This document shows, piece by piece, positions 1 to 8,789 of a stretch of DNA of 20,000 bases. This DNA is from an uncultured virus (IMG/VR IMGVR_UViG_3300026522_001173) (Duplodnaviria > Heunggongvirae > Uroviricota > Caudoviricetes). A program made the position numbers and the translations under genes. The stretch is from the IMG/VR virus record IMGVR_UViG_3300026522_001173; one strand, given 5' to 3'. Positions within the stretch are counted from its first letter, which is position 1. Each line of letters begins with the position of its first letter. The notes beneath the pieces were generated by a model. It saw only the letters and a list, made by a program, of their open reading frames with translations. It did not search any database and had not been told where the DNA came from.

Positions 1-647
1 GAGAGATCATCGTTTTTGATTTTGCCTACAGAGCTTTCCAATGCAACGAGATACGGAGGATCGGTGCAGACAAGGTTTACCTTGTTATCGCCCAGGACCG
101 CTGCATAGCTTTCCGTCAGCGTGGAATCACCGCAATAGACTGTGTGCCTTCCAAGATGCCAGATGTCTCCAGCCTTTGAAAAGACCGGACGCTCCAGTTC
201 CGCATCGACATCAAAATCATCGTCTTCGGCATCTGTGCCATCATCAAATAGTTTTGACAGCTCCTTTTCATCGAAGCCCGTCAAGGCGATATCGAATGCT
301 TCCGCCTGCAATGCTTCGATTTCCACCCGCAGAAGCTCCTCATCCCATCCGGCATCCATCGCCATGCGGTTGTCGGCAATGATATATGCCTTTTTCTGTG
401 CCTCGGTCAGATGGTCGGCAAACACGCACGGGACTTCCTTGATGTTTTCTTCCTTCGCCGCCATGATCCTGCCGTGTCCGGCGATCACACCATAGTCACG
501 GTCGATGATGACCGGATTGATAAAGCCGAACTCTCTGAGGGAGGAGCGGAGTTTATTGATCTGTTCCGGGGAATGGGTACGTGCATTGTTGACATACGGC
601 ACCAGCTTCTCGATCGAAACAAGCTGCATTTCTGTTGTAGTCTTCAT
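1..647 (-). CDS. ParB-like N-terminal domain fused to a DNA methyltransferase (N6-A/N4-C); 3' end runs off the window
   Basis: Absent from the ORF track; translated by hand from ATG at 647: MKTTTEMQLVSIEKLVPYVNNARTHSPEQINKLRSSLREFGFINPVIIDRDYGVIAGHGRIMAAK... (ParB-like, GHGR motif), then GDIWHLGRHTVYCGDST...NLVCTDPPY (DPPY catalytic motif). ATGA overlap with the stop of the upstream gene. Confidence 0.9.
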   Translation of the reverse strand, partial: MKTTTEMQLVSIEKLVPYVNNARTHSPEQINKLRSSLREFGFINPVIIDRDYGVIAGHGRIMAAKEENIKEVPCVFADHLTEAQKKAYIIADNRMAMDAGWDEELLRVEIEALQAEAFDIALTGFDEKELSKLFDDGTDAEDDDFDVDAELERPVFSKAGDIWHLGRHTVYCGDSTLTESYAAVLGDNKVNLVCTDPPYLVALESSVGKIKNDDL

Positions 648-1429
648 CGCACAAGCCCCCATTCCGCAAATTTCTCAAAGCCTCCGATGGACCTGATATA
701 GTCCCTGGCCGTCTCTACGATCTCACTGTAAGGAATGCCATCGATCTCTTCATCGCCGATGGCGCAGCAGACTTCCACGGGGATTCCTGTTTCCTGCGCC
801 TGAAGCCATGCGTAGATGTTTACCGACACATCAGCTTTACTAAGGTCTTTGCCGTGCAGACCGCCGCCTGTAACGGAGTCCGCCATATCGCTGCCCAGTT
901 TCCGGTTGGTAGCGCCGGAATCCACATCCGTACCGCCTGTCCAATCACCGATAGGATTGACTTCGGCAGCCGGATACACCTCTTTCAAATGTCTGCTGTC
1001 AGCATTGCTCTGGCAGATGATGAGCCGTGCCTGGTCGAGAATGTACTTTCCGTCTGCGTGATATGTGTTATACATAAATTTCGCAATGTCGGTCAGCGCC
1101 TTCTGCTCCTCCGTCACGGGAACACCTTTAAAAATGCCGTTATCACCACAGCGGATCATCCCATCCTGATTATCGGAAAGATGTACATCTTGCGGCACTT
1201 CTCTGTAATCACAGATAAGATTTCCAGCGATACGCTTTACAATGTTCTCCACATCCTCACGCGGAATGGAAACAGAAGTCTCCGCAATAATATGGCAGAT
1301 TCCGTGTCCGACCAGGACCTCAACAGCGATCCTCGGATCTTTTTCTTTTGCATAAGCCGCATCCACAAGGGCCCCGGCGATGCGGTCAGCCACCTTGTCG
1401 GGATGGGCCGGATTTACTTTTTCGTACAT
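644..1429 (-). CDS. metK: Phage-encoded compact S-adenosylmethionine synthetase (MetK-like), ~261 aa
   Basis: MetK-like motifs EKVNPAHPDKVAD, GDNG, DSGATNRK and GGGLHGKDLSKAD. Start moved from 1471 to ATG 1429, which follows AAGGAAGG and lies just after the terS stop. Confidence 0.85.
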   Translation of the reverse strand: MYEKVNPAHPDKVADRIAGALVDAAYAKEKDPRIAVEVLVGHGICHIIAETSVSIPREDVENIVKRIAGNLICDYREVPQDVHLSDNQDGMIRCGDNGIFKGVPVTEEQKALTDIAKFMYNTYHADGKYILDQARLIICQSNADSRHLKEVYPAAEVNPIGDWTGGTDVDSGATNRKLGSDMADSVTGGGLHGKDLSKADVSVNIYAWLQAQETGIPVEVCCAIGDEEIDGIPYSEIVETARDYIRSIGGFEKFAEWGLVR

Positions 1430-1430
1430 A

Positions 1431-1979
1431 TCAAATGCCCTTCCTTTCATGTAGTAATTTGTCGAGATCATCGTTTGGATTCATTCCGGAGTAGTCTGCG
1501 GAACAGTTCTCCTTGACGATCTGCATGATGGCATCCCATTGCCGGGTAGCCTGATTCATATAGTTGATGCCAATATTGATAAACGGCGATGTGATTGGCT
1601 TATTGGTAGTCGGATGCCGTGAAAGAAATCCCAGTTCATTCGTCATTTCCTCGCACTGCAGCCACCTCGCACGACACATCGCATACTGCTCAATGACCTG
1701 CGGGGACACATACGCTGTTGCATTCAGTTTGTCAAGCCATTTCCATACGGCTTCATATATCTCGGCGGCTTTCAGCTTTGTGCCATCCTTCTGTGTGGCG
1801 GACAGGATCTCATCGGGCTTAGGCATGTCACTACCTTCCACATCTGGAATATCCAGGACAGTAAGTTTCCTGCCGCCAGGATTACCATTGGCTGCTTTTT
1901 CTGCGACACCTTTGGCTTTCCTGCCTGCGCCCGGCCTTCTGCCGCCGCGTCCGCCTGTGTTATTCGATTTTGTCGGCAC
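1431..1979 (-). CDS. Terminase small subunit (P27-family-like)
   Basis: N-terminal GGRGGRRPGAGRK...GNPGGRKL, then 'IEQYAMCRARWLQCEE...GFLSRHPTT..PI.SPF'. Lies directly after an HNH gene, the usual position in cos phages. Confidence 0.8.
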   Translation of the reverse strand: MPTKSNNTGGRGGRRPGAGRKAKGVAEKAANGNPGGRKLTVLDIPDVEGSDMPKPDEILSATQKDGTKLKAAEIYEAVWKWLDKLNATAYVSPQVIEQYAMCRARWLQCEEMTNELGFLSRHPTTNKPITSPFINIGINYMNQATRQWDAIMQIVKENCSADYSGMNPNDDLDKLLHERKGI

Positions 1980-1984
1980 GTTCT

Positions 1985-2112
1985 CACCGCCCTTTCTATC
2001 AGATTTTTATACAGGGTCCTTTATTACCCTTTTGATTTCGCCATTTTTGAACACGACACCCCGCGCCGTTGCCCGGAGGGACCACACACAGAGATTTGAC
2101 CCGCCCCTCCTG
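1985..2112. other. Putative cos/packaging initiation region
   Basis: Non-coding gap between HNH and terS with GC-rich blocks (minus strand GGAGGGGCGGGTCAAATCTC...CCCTCCGGGCAACGGCGCGGGG) and A-tracts. Position matches HK97-like HNH/terS cos sites. The cut site cannot be determined from the sequence. Confidence 0.5.
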
Positions 2113-2472
2113 TCACCGCCTGATCTGCCGATCGCCCATCTCAAGATGGATCTTCGTATGACAGGACTGGCAAAGACTCATCAAATTTGCCGGATCATGC
2201 GTCCCGCCCTCGGACAACGGCACGATGTGGTGGACTTCCTCCACCGCAACATACCGTCCGTTCTTCAAGCACTGTTCACAAAGAGGATGCTTGGTTGCGT
2301 AACGGTGACGGATACGCACCCAGGCTCTGCCGTAGCGTTTTCCGGGAGAATACCCACGCTGGAACTTCTCGTAGTGCTGCTCCATCTGTTTCGCGTGTTC
2401 CTCACAATAAACGCCGTCCGTAAGATTCGGACAGCCGGGATAGCGGCACGGTCTCTTTGGTTTCCTTGGCAT
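2113..2472 (-). CDS. Phage HNH endonuclease (terminase-associated)
   Basis: MPRKPKRPCRYPGC...HPLCEQC...VEEVHHIVPLSEGGTHDPANLMSLCQSCHTKIH. RBS GGAAAGGAGG precedes ATG 2472. Confidence 0.92.
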   Translation of the reverse strand: MPRKPKRPCRYPGCPNLTDGVYCEEHAKQMEQHYEKFQRGYSPGKRYGRAWVRIRHRYATKHPLCEQCLKNGRYVAVEEVHHIVPLSEGGTHDPANLMSLCQSCHTKIHLEMGDRQIRR

Positions 2473-2492
2473 AGCCGCCTCCTTTCCGCGCA

Positions 2493-2528
2493 TAAGAAAA
2501 GCCCCGGAAGGATCGCTCCCATGAGGCT
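2493..2528 (-). terminator. Terminator/attenuator-like hairpin in the leader of the packaging operon
   Basis: Minus-strand RNA AGCCUCAUGGGA-GCGA-UCCUUCCGGGGCU-UUUCUUA: imperfect stem, GNRA loop and a U-rich tail. Confidence 0.5.
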
Positions 2529-2550
2529 CGTCTCATTCTGCTTTTCGCTG

Positions 2551-2612
2551 ATTATACTATAACATAGACGGCACTGTGGTTACTTGTTGCAAAGTGTTGC
2601 AAACCGTGCAAG
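2551..2612 (-). promoter_or_regulatory. Putative activator-dependent late promoter with direct repeats
   Basis: TATAAT on the minus strand at 2551-2556 with no good -35. TGTTGCAAA occurs at 2585 and 2595 (10-bp phase) with a degenerate third copy at ~2605, immediately after the RinA-like gene. Confidence 0.6.
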
Positions 2613-2613
2613 T

Positions 2614-3039
2614 TTATATCCGTATGGGATCCTCCGGCAGCGTCACATGGTTCAGCGCCGAGTTATGCCAGCGGTATACGGTCGTGCGGTCAGCATTCAA
2701 TTCATCCCCGATCTGTTCCCAGGTCATGTTGTGGATATAACGGTAGCGGAGAACCATCTGCTCATCCGCATTGGATGCCGTTGCGATTACCTCCCGCATC
2801 TGTGCCTTGAGGTCAATGAGCCGGTCGATTTCAGAATTGATCTTCTGCTCCAGGTCCCAGACCTTCTCAAGGCACCGCACAAAGGGCGCTTCCGTCGGAC
2901 GGTTCGGATTATGCCGTTCCTCCAGGCTTGGGGAGGAGACGCTTCCCGCCATATCGCGCAGACGCTCCATTTCCTCGATGTCGGAATTGATCCTGTGGTC
3001 GAGGCGGTACGCCTGTCTGAGGTATTCTTTCGATGTCAT
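2614..3039 (-). CDS. RinA/ArpU-like late transcriptional activator (DUF1492 / sigma region-4-like HTH)
   Basis: MTSKEYLRQAYRLDHRI...VLRYRYIHNMTWEQIGDELNADRTTVYRWHNSAL. Typical position between SNF2 helicase and HNH. Confidence 0.8.
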   Translation of the reverse strand: MTSKEYLRQAYRLDHRINSDIEEMERLRDMAGSVSSPSLEERHNPNRPTEAPFVRCLEKVWDLEQKINSEIDRLIDLKAQMREVIATASNADEQMVLRYRYIHNMTWEQIGDELNADRTTVYRWHNSALNHVTLPEDPIRI

Positions 3040-3254
3040 AATTCTTCCTCCTGTAATTTTCGCAGCAGCGCCTCACCGTCGATATCTGTGAGCGCCGCGA
3101 ACCAGTCGGAACGGAAGAATGCCTCACAATCCGTTATCATGAGCTTCGCGTCTTCGTTCTTCGGCCGTTTTTTTTGTTTTTTCCTCGCCTCGCGGTAATC
3201 CTTTACGGCTTGCAGGACGATCGCGTTTGCGAGGTTTTCCCAGGGGTCGGTCAT
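3036..3254 (-). CDS. Phage hypothetical protein (72 aa)
   Basis: LANAIVLQAVKDYR...FFRSDWF pattern. ATGA overlaps with both neighbours. Confidence 0.75.
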   Translation of the reverse strand: MTDPWENLANAIVLQAVKDYREARKKQKKRPKNEDAKLMITDCEAFFRSDWFAALTDIDGEALLRKLQEEEL

Positions 3255-4603
3255 ACGGACGCCCTCAGATGCGCCTTGACCGCGTCGATGAGCGCGTTCT
3301 GCGTCCGCTCCTTTTTGCGTAGCGCCTTCATAACGTCCTCATCTATCGTGCCGGCGGTGATGATGTGGTGGATGATGACCGTGTCCTTCTGTCCCTGGCG
3401 GTGAAGGCGGGCGTTTGTCTGCTGATACAGTTCAAGGCTCCATGTGAGACCAAACCATATGAGCGTGGAACCGCCGGACTGGAGATTCAGCCCGTGACCC
3501 GCGGAGGCAGGATGGATGATTGCCGCAGAAATCCTTCCCGCATTCCAGTCATCGATATCCTTCGAGGTCTTGATCTCCCTCACGGGAAATCTCGCCTTTA
3601 TCCGCTCCGCATCGTGCTGATACCAGTAGGCGATCAGCACGGGCTTGCCGTTTGCGCCTTCGATAAGGTCTTCCAGGGCGTCCAGTTTGCGGTCATGGAT
3701 GTAGTGGCTGTTTTTATCCTCGTCATATACCGCTCCGTTCGCCATCTGGAGGAGCTTGCCGGAAAGCACCGCCGCATTTGCCGCGTCGATCTCCGTACCC
3801 TTTATCTTTGCGACCATATCCTCCCTGAAATTGTCGTATACAGCCTGTTCCTGTTCGTTCATATATACGGGAACGGCGTTTATGACGCATTCCGGCAGCT
3901 TGAGGTAGTCGCAGGACTTCATGGAGATCGTGATGTCCGATATCTGCGCGTAGATCCGTTCCTCCGCGCCGGGGAGAGGCTTGTAGCTGAACACCACTTC
4001 GCCGTTCCGCTTGTCCGGGATAAAATAGGCATTCCGGTAATACGTGATGTACCGTCCGAGCCGTTTTCCGAGATCGAGCAGACGGAACTGCGCCCACAGA
4101 TCCATGAGACCGTTGGAGGACGGCGTTCCCGTCAGCCCCACGACGCGCTTTACATGAGGCCGGACTTTCAGAAGGCTTTTGAATCGTTTTGCCTGCCAGG
4201 ACTTGAAGGACGAAAGCTCGTCGATGACGATCATGTCATAATCGAACGGCAGACCGCTTTTGTTTACGAGCCAGTCCACATTTTCGCGGTTGATGATATA
4301 CAGGGATGATTTCTGCATGAGCGCCGCCTTCCGTTCGGCCTCCGTACCGACTGCTACGGAGTATGTCAGTCCTGCGAGGTGATCCCATTTCCTTATTTCC
4401 GAAGGCCATGTGTCCCGCGCCACTCGCAGCGGGGCGATCACAAGCACTTTCCGTATAAGGAAGCTGTCGAGACACAGGTCGAAAAGCGCCGTCAACGTGA
4501 TCACGCTTTTTCCGAGACCCATTTCAAGCAGTACCGCCGCTATGGGATGCGACAGGATGAACCGCGTCGCGTATGTCTGATATTCATGGGGTTCGTATCG
4601 CAT
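3251..4603 (-). CDS. SNF2-family phage helicase
   Basis: Motifs LEMGLGKS, VIDELS, LTGTPSSNG, SAGHGLNLQ and QTNARLHRQGQ. Confidence 0.92.
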   Translation of the reverse strand: MRYEPHEYQTYATRFILSHPIAAVLLEMGLGKSVITLTALFDLCLDSFLIRKVLVIAPLRVARDTWPSEIRKWDHLAGLTYSVAVGTEAERKAALMQKSSLYIINRENVDWLVNKSGLPFDYDMIVIDELSSFKSWQAKRFKSLLKVRPHVKRVVGLTGTPSSNGLMDLWAQFRLLDLGKRLGRYITYYRNAYFIPDKRNGEVVFSYKPLPGAEERIYAQISDITISMKSCDYLKLPECVINAVPVYMNEQEQAVYDNFREDMVAKIKGTEIDAANAAVLSGKLLQMANGAVYDEDKNSHYIHDRKLDALEDLIEGANGKPVLIAYWYQHDAERIKARFPVREIKTSKDIDDWNAGRISAAIIHPASAGHGLNLQSGGSTLIWFGLTWSLELYQQTNARLHRQGQKDTVIIHHIITAGTIDEDVMKALRKKERTQNALIDAVKAHLRASV

Positions 4604-4865
4604 TGAGTACCTCCTCGATCTGTTCTGTTCCGTCCACGCAGAAGACTCTGAAGCCGAGACTTTCCAATTGCCTCTTCCGTCTTACCTGCAGTGGACGCAT
4701 TGTTTTGCCGGGGCTTTTCAGTTCCACAAACCCGGCACAGCCTCCGGGGAAGAGAACGATACGGTCCGGCACTCCGTCAAAGCCGGGAGATACAAACTTC
4801 AGCGCGATTCCTCCCATGTTTTTCGCCGTTTTTACGAGTTTTCTCTCGATATACTTTTCATTCAC
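4584..4865 (-). CDS. VRR-NUC domain nuclease
   Basis: EKYIERKLV...GGIALKFVSPGFDGVPDRIVL...FVELKSPG...RPLQ. Probable GTG start at 4865 after GGGAG; the ORF track start at 4958 overlaps the upstream gene. Confidence 0.88.
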   Translation of the reverse strand: MNEKYIERKLVKTAKNMGGIALKFVSPGFDGVPDRIVLFPGGCAGFVELKSPGKTMRPLQVRRKRQLESLGFRVFCVDGTEQIEEVLNAIRTP

Positions 4866-5061
4866 TGTATTTCTCCCAGACCTGCCCCGGATCGAACCAG
4901 AGCCATATTTTCTCTCCATCACCATTGTCCACCTCCACTGTTTTGATGCCCTCTTCACGCTTCATGCGTCTGACGGCGTATTTTGACAGTCCCTGTTTCT
5001 GGCAGATATCCTGCACTTTCCGGCAGTCCATAAATTCGCTGCCCACGATTTCTCTGATCAT
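4858..5061 (-). CDS. Small hypothetical protein (67 aa)
   Basis: RBS GGAGGT before ATG; co-oriented with and overlapping the VRR-NUC start. Confidence 0.65.
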   Translation of the reverse strand: MIREIVGSEFMDCRKVQDICQKQGLSKYAVRRMKREEGIKTVEVDNGDGEKIWLWFDPGQVWEKYSE

Positions 5062-5082
5062 TTCAATTACCTCCGCTCGAAT

Positions 5083-5292
5083 GGAACAACAGCCGCAAAA
5101 TTTCCTTACGCGCGCAAAAATGCGTGCCGTGATACGGTTTTTCTTTATATTTTTGTTTTGTTTTGTACTATATAGAAAAAGATGTTCCGTTGTTCCGAAT
5201 TGCTCCGTTTCTGCCTGTATTCAATAGGTTTTACGGTGGAACAGCCACAACCGTCCTGTTCCGTTTGTTCAGTTGTTCCACCGCCTTGTTCC
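5083..5292. repeat. Putative phage replication origin: TGTTCC/GGAACA iteron cluster plus AT-rich tract
   Basis: TGTTCC at 5183, 5191, 5257, 5274 and 5287; inverted copies (GGAACA) at 5083 and 5238; near-copies at 5201 and 5266; AT-rich stretch ~5138-5180. Directly downstream of the primase/helicase stop. Confidence 0.65.
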
Positions 5293-5294
5293 AC

Positions 5295-7625
5295 TTATTT
5301 GCGCTGATAGACTCGCTGCTTTCCGTAGATGGGGAGTCTCACCGATCTTGTCGTCCGCTCCCACTCTCCGAACCTTGTCATGATGGATGCGATAGCATAG
5401 CTGTCAGAAGGCCTGATGTCCTCCTTCGCCTTGCCAAAGCACTCACACCATATCTCAATATTGGTGACCGTTTCGCGGCGTACCGTCCCTTTTACATTGA
5501 GGGGACCGTCCGGGTCCTGAACATACTCACGGCGCTGATAGACGTCCATCGTATCCCAGGTTTCCGGCAGGAGCATATCAAGGTAACGGGCAACAAGCCC
5601 CTCGCGGTCATCCCGCTCCATTGCCTCGGACTGTTCCTTTTTGGCAAACTCCTCCAGTTCGTAGCTTAAGAACAGGTCCTCTCCGGCATCGGCAAGGACG
5701 ATGACCTCCGCCCAGATCTGGTCGACTGTCTCCTGCGTAAGATCCCAGGGTTTCATCCTGCCTGTACCCGGAACACGCACGTTCCAGAATCTGCGGTTGC
5801 CGGTGATATCACGCAGGTAGCCGTTCTCGCTGTTGGTGGTTCCGAAGAAGATGCACTGCCTCGGATGGGGAGTGACCCTTCTGCCGAAGGAGGCGCGGTA
5901 CTTGTCATCGCAGCGGGACACGAAGGCTTTGACCTTCTCAAGGTCGGCTTTTCGCATGCCTGCCATTTCACCGATCTCGTGGATCCAGTAGCCCTGGAGT
6001 TTCTCCGCCGCCGTCTTGTCGTTCATGTCCGAAAGCGTCAGGCTGTCCGCAAACCACTCCATGCCGAGTTTGGCGATCAGCGTACTCTTGCCGATGCCCT
6101 GTTCGCCGTTCAGCACGGTAATGTAATCGAACTTGATGCCGGGATGGTAGATACGCATATAGGCGGCGCAGAGCGCCTTGCGTGTCACCGCCCGGACATA
6201 CTCATTGTCCTGTGCGCCGAGATAGTCAATCAGCACCGTATCCACTCTCGGTATCTCATCCCAGACAGGCAGTGACTCGAAATACTCTTTGATGGGATGA
6301 TAGGAACGGTCATCGGCGGCTTTGGTCACGGCGATGTCGTAGTTCCTCGCCGAAAAGCTGCCATAGCAGGCATCGATATAGCAGATAAGCTGCGCATCGT
6401 CCGCATCCCGCCAGAACTTCGCCGGATGTTTCCAAGGAACCTCTCCGCAGATCTCCATGCCGTCCGCCAGCTGATTAAAGCGGATGTTTTTCATGTACAA
6501 GTCGTTTTCCATGATCAGGCGGATGTTATGAAGGGAGTTTTCCAGGACGCCGTTCTTGTTGCGCTGCAGTTTCTTCTTCCAGTCATCGTCCCCGGCATCG
6601 GCAAAATCCGTCTCCGCCTCCGCAAGCCTCTCGTTCGCCGCCGCGACCTTCACCTCATCCTGCTGCATGGCAAAATCGCACATCGCGCGGAAGGACGCCT
6701 TGTCATCCAAATCGCCGAACTTATGAATGCGGACGATATCAAAGGCGTTGCAGAGATGAAGATATGCCGGGTCTTTTGCATGGTGGGAATATACGAATTT
6801 ATCATCCTTGATCTCCACGCCCGCCATGCTGTGTGACTCGATCAGATGCCAGCGGTTTTCGTTGTCCGTAGGCTCATACACATCCGAAAGAAATACCTCA
6901 AGTGCACGGGTAACGGGGAAGAAGACCCTGTTGAACAGACCGACCGTTCCGTCCTTCGTCAGCGGATCCTGCACTTTCTGCTGTGCGGTCGTATTTGCCT
7001 TGCTCTCACGGGAAGAGGTCGGCAGCCTTGTCGGATCCGTCCATTCCGGATGCGTGGACAGAATATCGTCAGGGTTCAGCCAGCCGCCGTCCGTTTCCTT
7101 ATACACGAATACGCCGTTTTGCGGAGAGGACGGCCAGTACATCAGCTGATTGGGCTGATAGCTGCATTCATCAAAAAAATCGATACCAAGCATCTGCGCC
7201 AGATACCTGGACACCGCCACGAATTCCTCTGGACTCAAATCCCGTGTCAGCGGGAATACAAGCCTTGCCCTCGGATTCTCGTCCGTATGGCTGTGCGTGG
7301 TATAAAGCGCGGATGTATACGGGCAGAGGGTTTCATAGTTATCCAGGAACTCCTTTGTGATACGGTCGCCGTCCAGAGCGATCATGGAACGTTTCTCCAC
7401 GGTCTCGACCTTTCGGCGACCGCCGATCAGGACGCCCGCGACAAAACCTCCGTGGTCTTTCGCAGCGTCCCTCTGTGCCTTTGACATCTTTGCGTATTCT
7501 TCAGCGGACTCCGTAGTTCGTATGGTCACCTTGAGCCGCTCCTTCAGATCATCAAACCGTATGGTCTTGTTGACCCATTTCTTTGCCTGACGGTTGTTGC
7601 CGTAGGCGATAGCAAGATCCCTCAT
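5295..7625 (-). CDS. VapE-family primase/helicase (N-terminal prim-pol-like domain, C-terminal P-loop helicase)
   Basis: Walker A GEQGIGKST, Walker B-like IHEIGEM, FFGTTN, LRDITGNRRFW. N-terminal ALDGD...YTTHSH...PRARLVFPL is AEP-like. Confidence 0.88.
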   Translation of the reverse strand: MRDLAIAYGNNRQAKKWVNKTIRFDDLKERLKVTIRTTESAEEYAKMSKAQRDAAKDHGGFVAGVLIGGRRKVETVEKRSMIALDGDRITKEFLDNYETLCPYTSALYTTHSHTDENPRARLVFPLTRDLSPEEFVAVSRYLAQMLGIDFFDECSYQPNQLMYWPSSPQNGVFVYKETDGGWLNPDDILSTHPEWTDPTRLPTSSRESKANTTAQQKVQDPLTKDGTVGLFNRVFFPVTRALEVFLSDVYEPTDNENRWHLIESHSMAGVEIKDDKFVYSHHAKDPAYLHLCNAFDIVRIHKFGDLDDKASFRAMCDFAMQQDEVKVAAANERLAEAETDFADAGDDDWKKKLQRNKNGVLENSLHNIRLIMENDLYMKNIRFNQLADGMEICGEVPWKHPAKFWRDADDAQLICYIDACYGSFSARNYDIAVTKAADDRSYHPIKEYFESLPVWDEIPRVDTVLIDYLGAQDNEYVRAVTRKALCAAYMRIYHPGIKFDYITVLNGEQGIGKSTLIAKLGMEWFADSLTLSDMNDKTAAEKLQGYWIHEIGEMAGMRKADLEKVKAFVSRCDDKYRASFGRRVTPHPRQCIFFGTTNSENGYLRDITGNRRFWNVRVPGTGRMKPWDLTQETVDQIWAEVIVLADAGEDLFLSYELEEFAKKEQSEAMERDDREGLVARYLDMLLPETWDTMDVYQRREYVQDPDGPLNVKGTVRRETVTNIEIWCECFGKAKEDIRPSDSYAIASIMTRFGEWERTTRSVRLPIYGKQRVYQRK

Positions 7626-8248
7626 TATCTGTACCTCCTTGCTCCGGGTGTTTCTCCATGTTCAAACCGCGCCTGCCGTGCTGTGCGGTATGCACGCTCA
7701 GTTGCAGAAGAATTCATGCTCCATATATAGCTGCTGTCATCACCGAACAGATTAAATACACCGTGCTTATCCACACCGGGATAGGCGCCGAAATAATCGC
7801 CGTCTATGGTCTCAAAATTGTAGTAATTCGGCCATTCCTTGTGGTCGTTATATGCTTCATCATGAAGATGATTCAGGATATCCATCATGTTATCGCCTTC
7901 CGGTATATTGCCTACAACAAGGACAGCCGACCTTGAAACGCCAATATCAAACTCTCCCTTATATCCCATTTGGTAAAACCGTTTGATTTTTTCAGAATCC
8001 GCATCATTCATCCTGCCCTTTACCTCAACATAAATATCACATCCTTTTCTGAAACATCCATGATTAACAGTTACCCCATGCAACAAGAAGTCGGGCAGAT
8101 AATAAAGTCCGTCACCAAGGTCATATCCCTCCGGCTCATACTCCCAGTCCACACCGCAGGCATCGAAAAATACAGCCCAACGAGCCTCAAGACGGGAGCG
8201 AAAAAGGTATCCTTTATACTCCGTCTGTATCGCTTTCAGTTCACTCAT
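7625..8248 (-). CDS. Putative PD-(D/E)XK nuclease-family phage protein
   Basis: FRSRLEARWAVFFD...WEYEPEGY...YLPDFLL...YVEVKG gives a PD...ExK pattern. Overlaps both neighbours. Confidence 0.7.
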   Translation of the reverse strand: MSELKAIQTEYKGYLFRSRLEARWAVFFDACGVDWEYEPEGYDLGDGLYYLPDFLLHGVTVNHGCFRKGCDIYVEVKGRMNDADSEKIKRFYQMGYKGEFDIGVSRSAVLVVGNIPEGDNMMDILNHLHDEAYNDHKEWPNYYNFETIDGDYFGAYPGVDKHGVFNLFGDDSSYIWSMNSSATERAYRTARQARFEHGETPGARRYR

Positions 8249-8604
8249 AACGACTCCACCTCCTGAAACTTGCTGTTGAAATATCGAATCATTTGTCTTC
8301 GTTTCTTCGCTACCTCAATCTCCGTTCGCATTCCGGCGGAAACGGTATCGCCGAATACCCACAATTCGCTGCACTTGCCAAGGAGAACGATATCCATAAA
8401 CAGTGCCAACTCACGTTCTGCGGGATCATCCTCATTTACGAACTGGGGAAACATCAGATGCGGAGCAAGGGGTATCTGTCCCTTCTCCAAAGCGAACCTG
8501 CAGCACTTACGCGCCTTTTCTGTATTGCTTGGTACATCGCCGGATAGTGGGCTGCAAATGTAAACGAGCGGCCTGTATGTCCGGTCTTTCGGTTTGTTTG
8601 ACAT
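8245..8604 (-). CDS. DUF4406-like / nucleoside 2-deoxyribosyltransferase-fold phage protein
   Basis: LVYICSPLSGD...PLAPHLMFPQF...LLGKCSELWVFG..VSAGM..EIEVA. RBS AAGGAGG. Confidence 0.75.
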   Translation of the reverse strand: MSNKPKDRTYRPLVYICSPLSGDVPSNTEKARKCCRFALEKGQIPLAPHLMFPQFVNEDDPAERELALFMDIVLLGKCSELWVFGDTVSAGMRTEIEVAKKRRQMIRYFNSKFQEVESL

Positions 8605-8660
8605 ATCAACTGCCTCCTTATAAAAAGATTTGCCGAGGCTAAGCCTCTAATACCCTCAGT

Positions 8661-8789
8661 GTTTCAGGCGACCAGCCTCTCATCAATATCGAGGAAATGA
8701 GCGTCAGAAGCGACGACGATATCCGGAAGATTTCTCAGCAGCTCAATACTCTTCTGACTGCCGGACGCAGGGCGAAAGGACTGGTGTAA
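8661..8789 (+). pseudogene. 3' remnant of a tape-measure-protein-like gene
   Basis: Frame reads VSGDQPLINIEEMSVRSDDDIRKISQQLNTLLTAGRRAKGLV* and ends 1 nt before the Dit ATG, the usual TMP C-terminus context. In-frame TAA at 8640-8642 upstream and no RBS-backed start. Confidence 0.7.

Noticed and set aside
5083..5292. Repeat cluster as a CRISPR array
   Set aside because: Repeats are 6 bp, irregularly spaced and in both orientations; no cas genes.
41..8642. Many long + strand ORFs (e.g. 854-1516, 1564-2562, 3365-4309, 6846-7484)
   Set aside because: Antisense shadows of well-supported minus-strand phage genes; no recognisable motifs.
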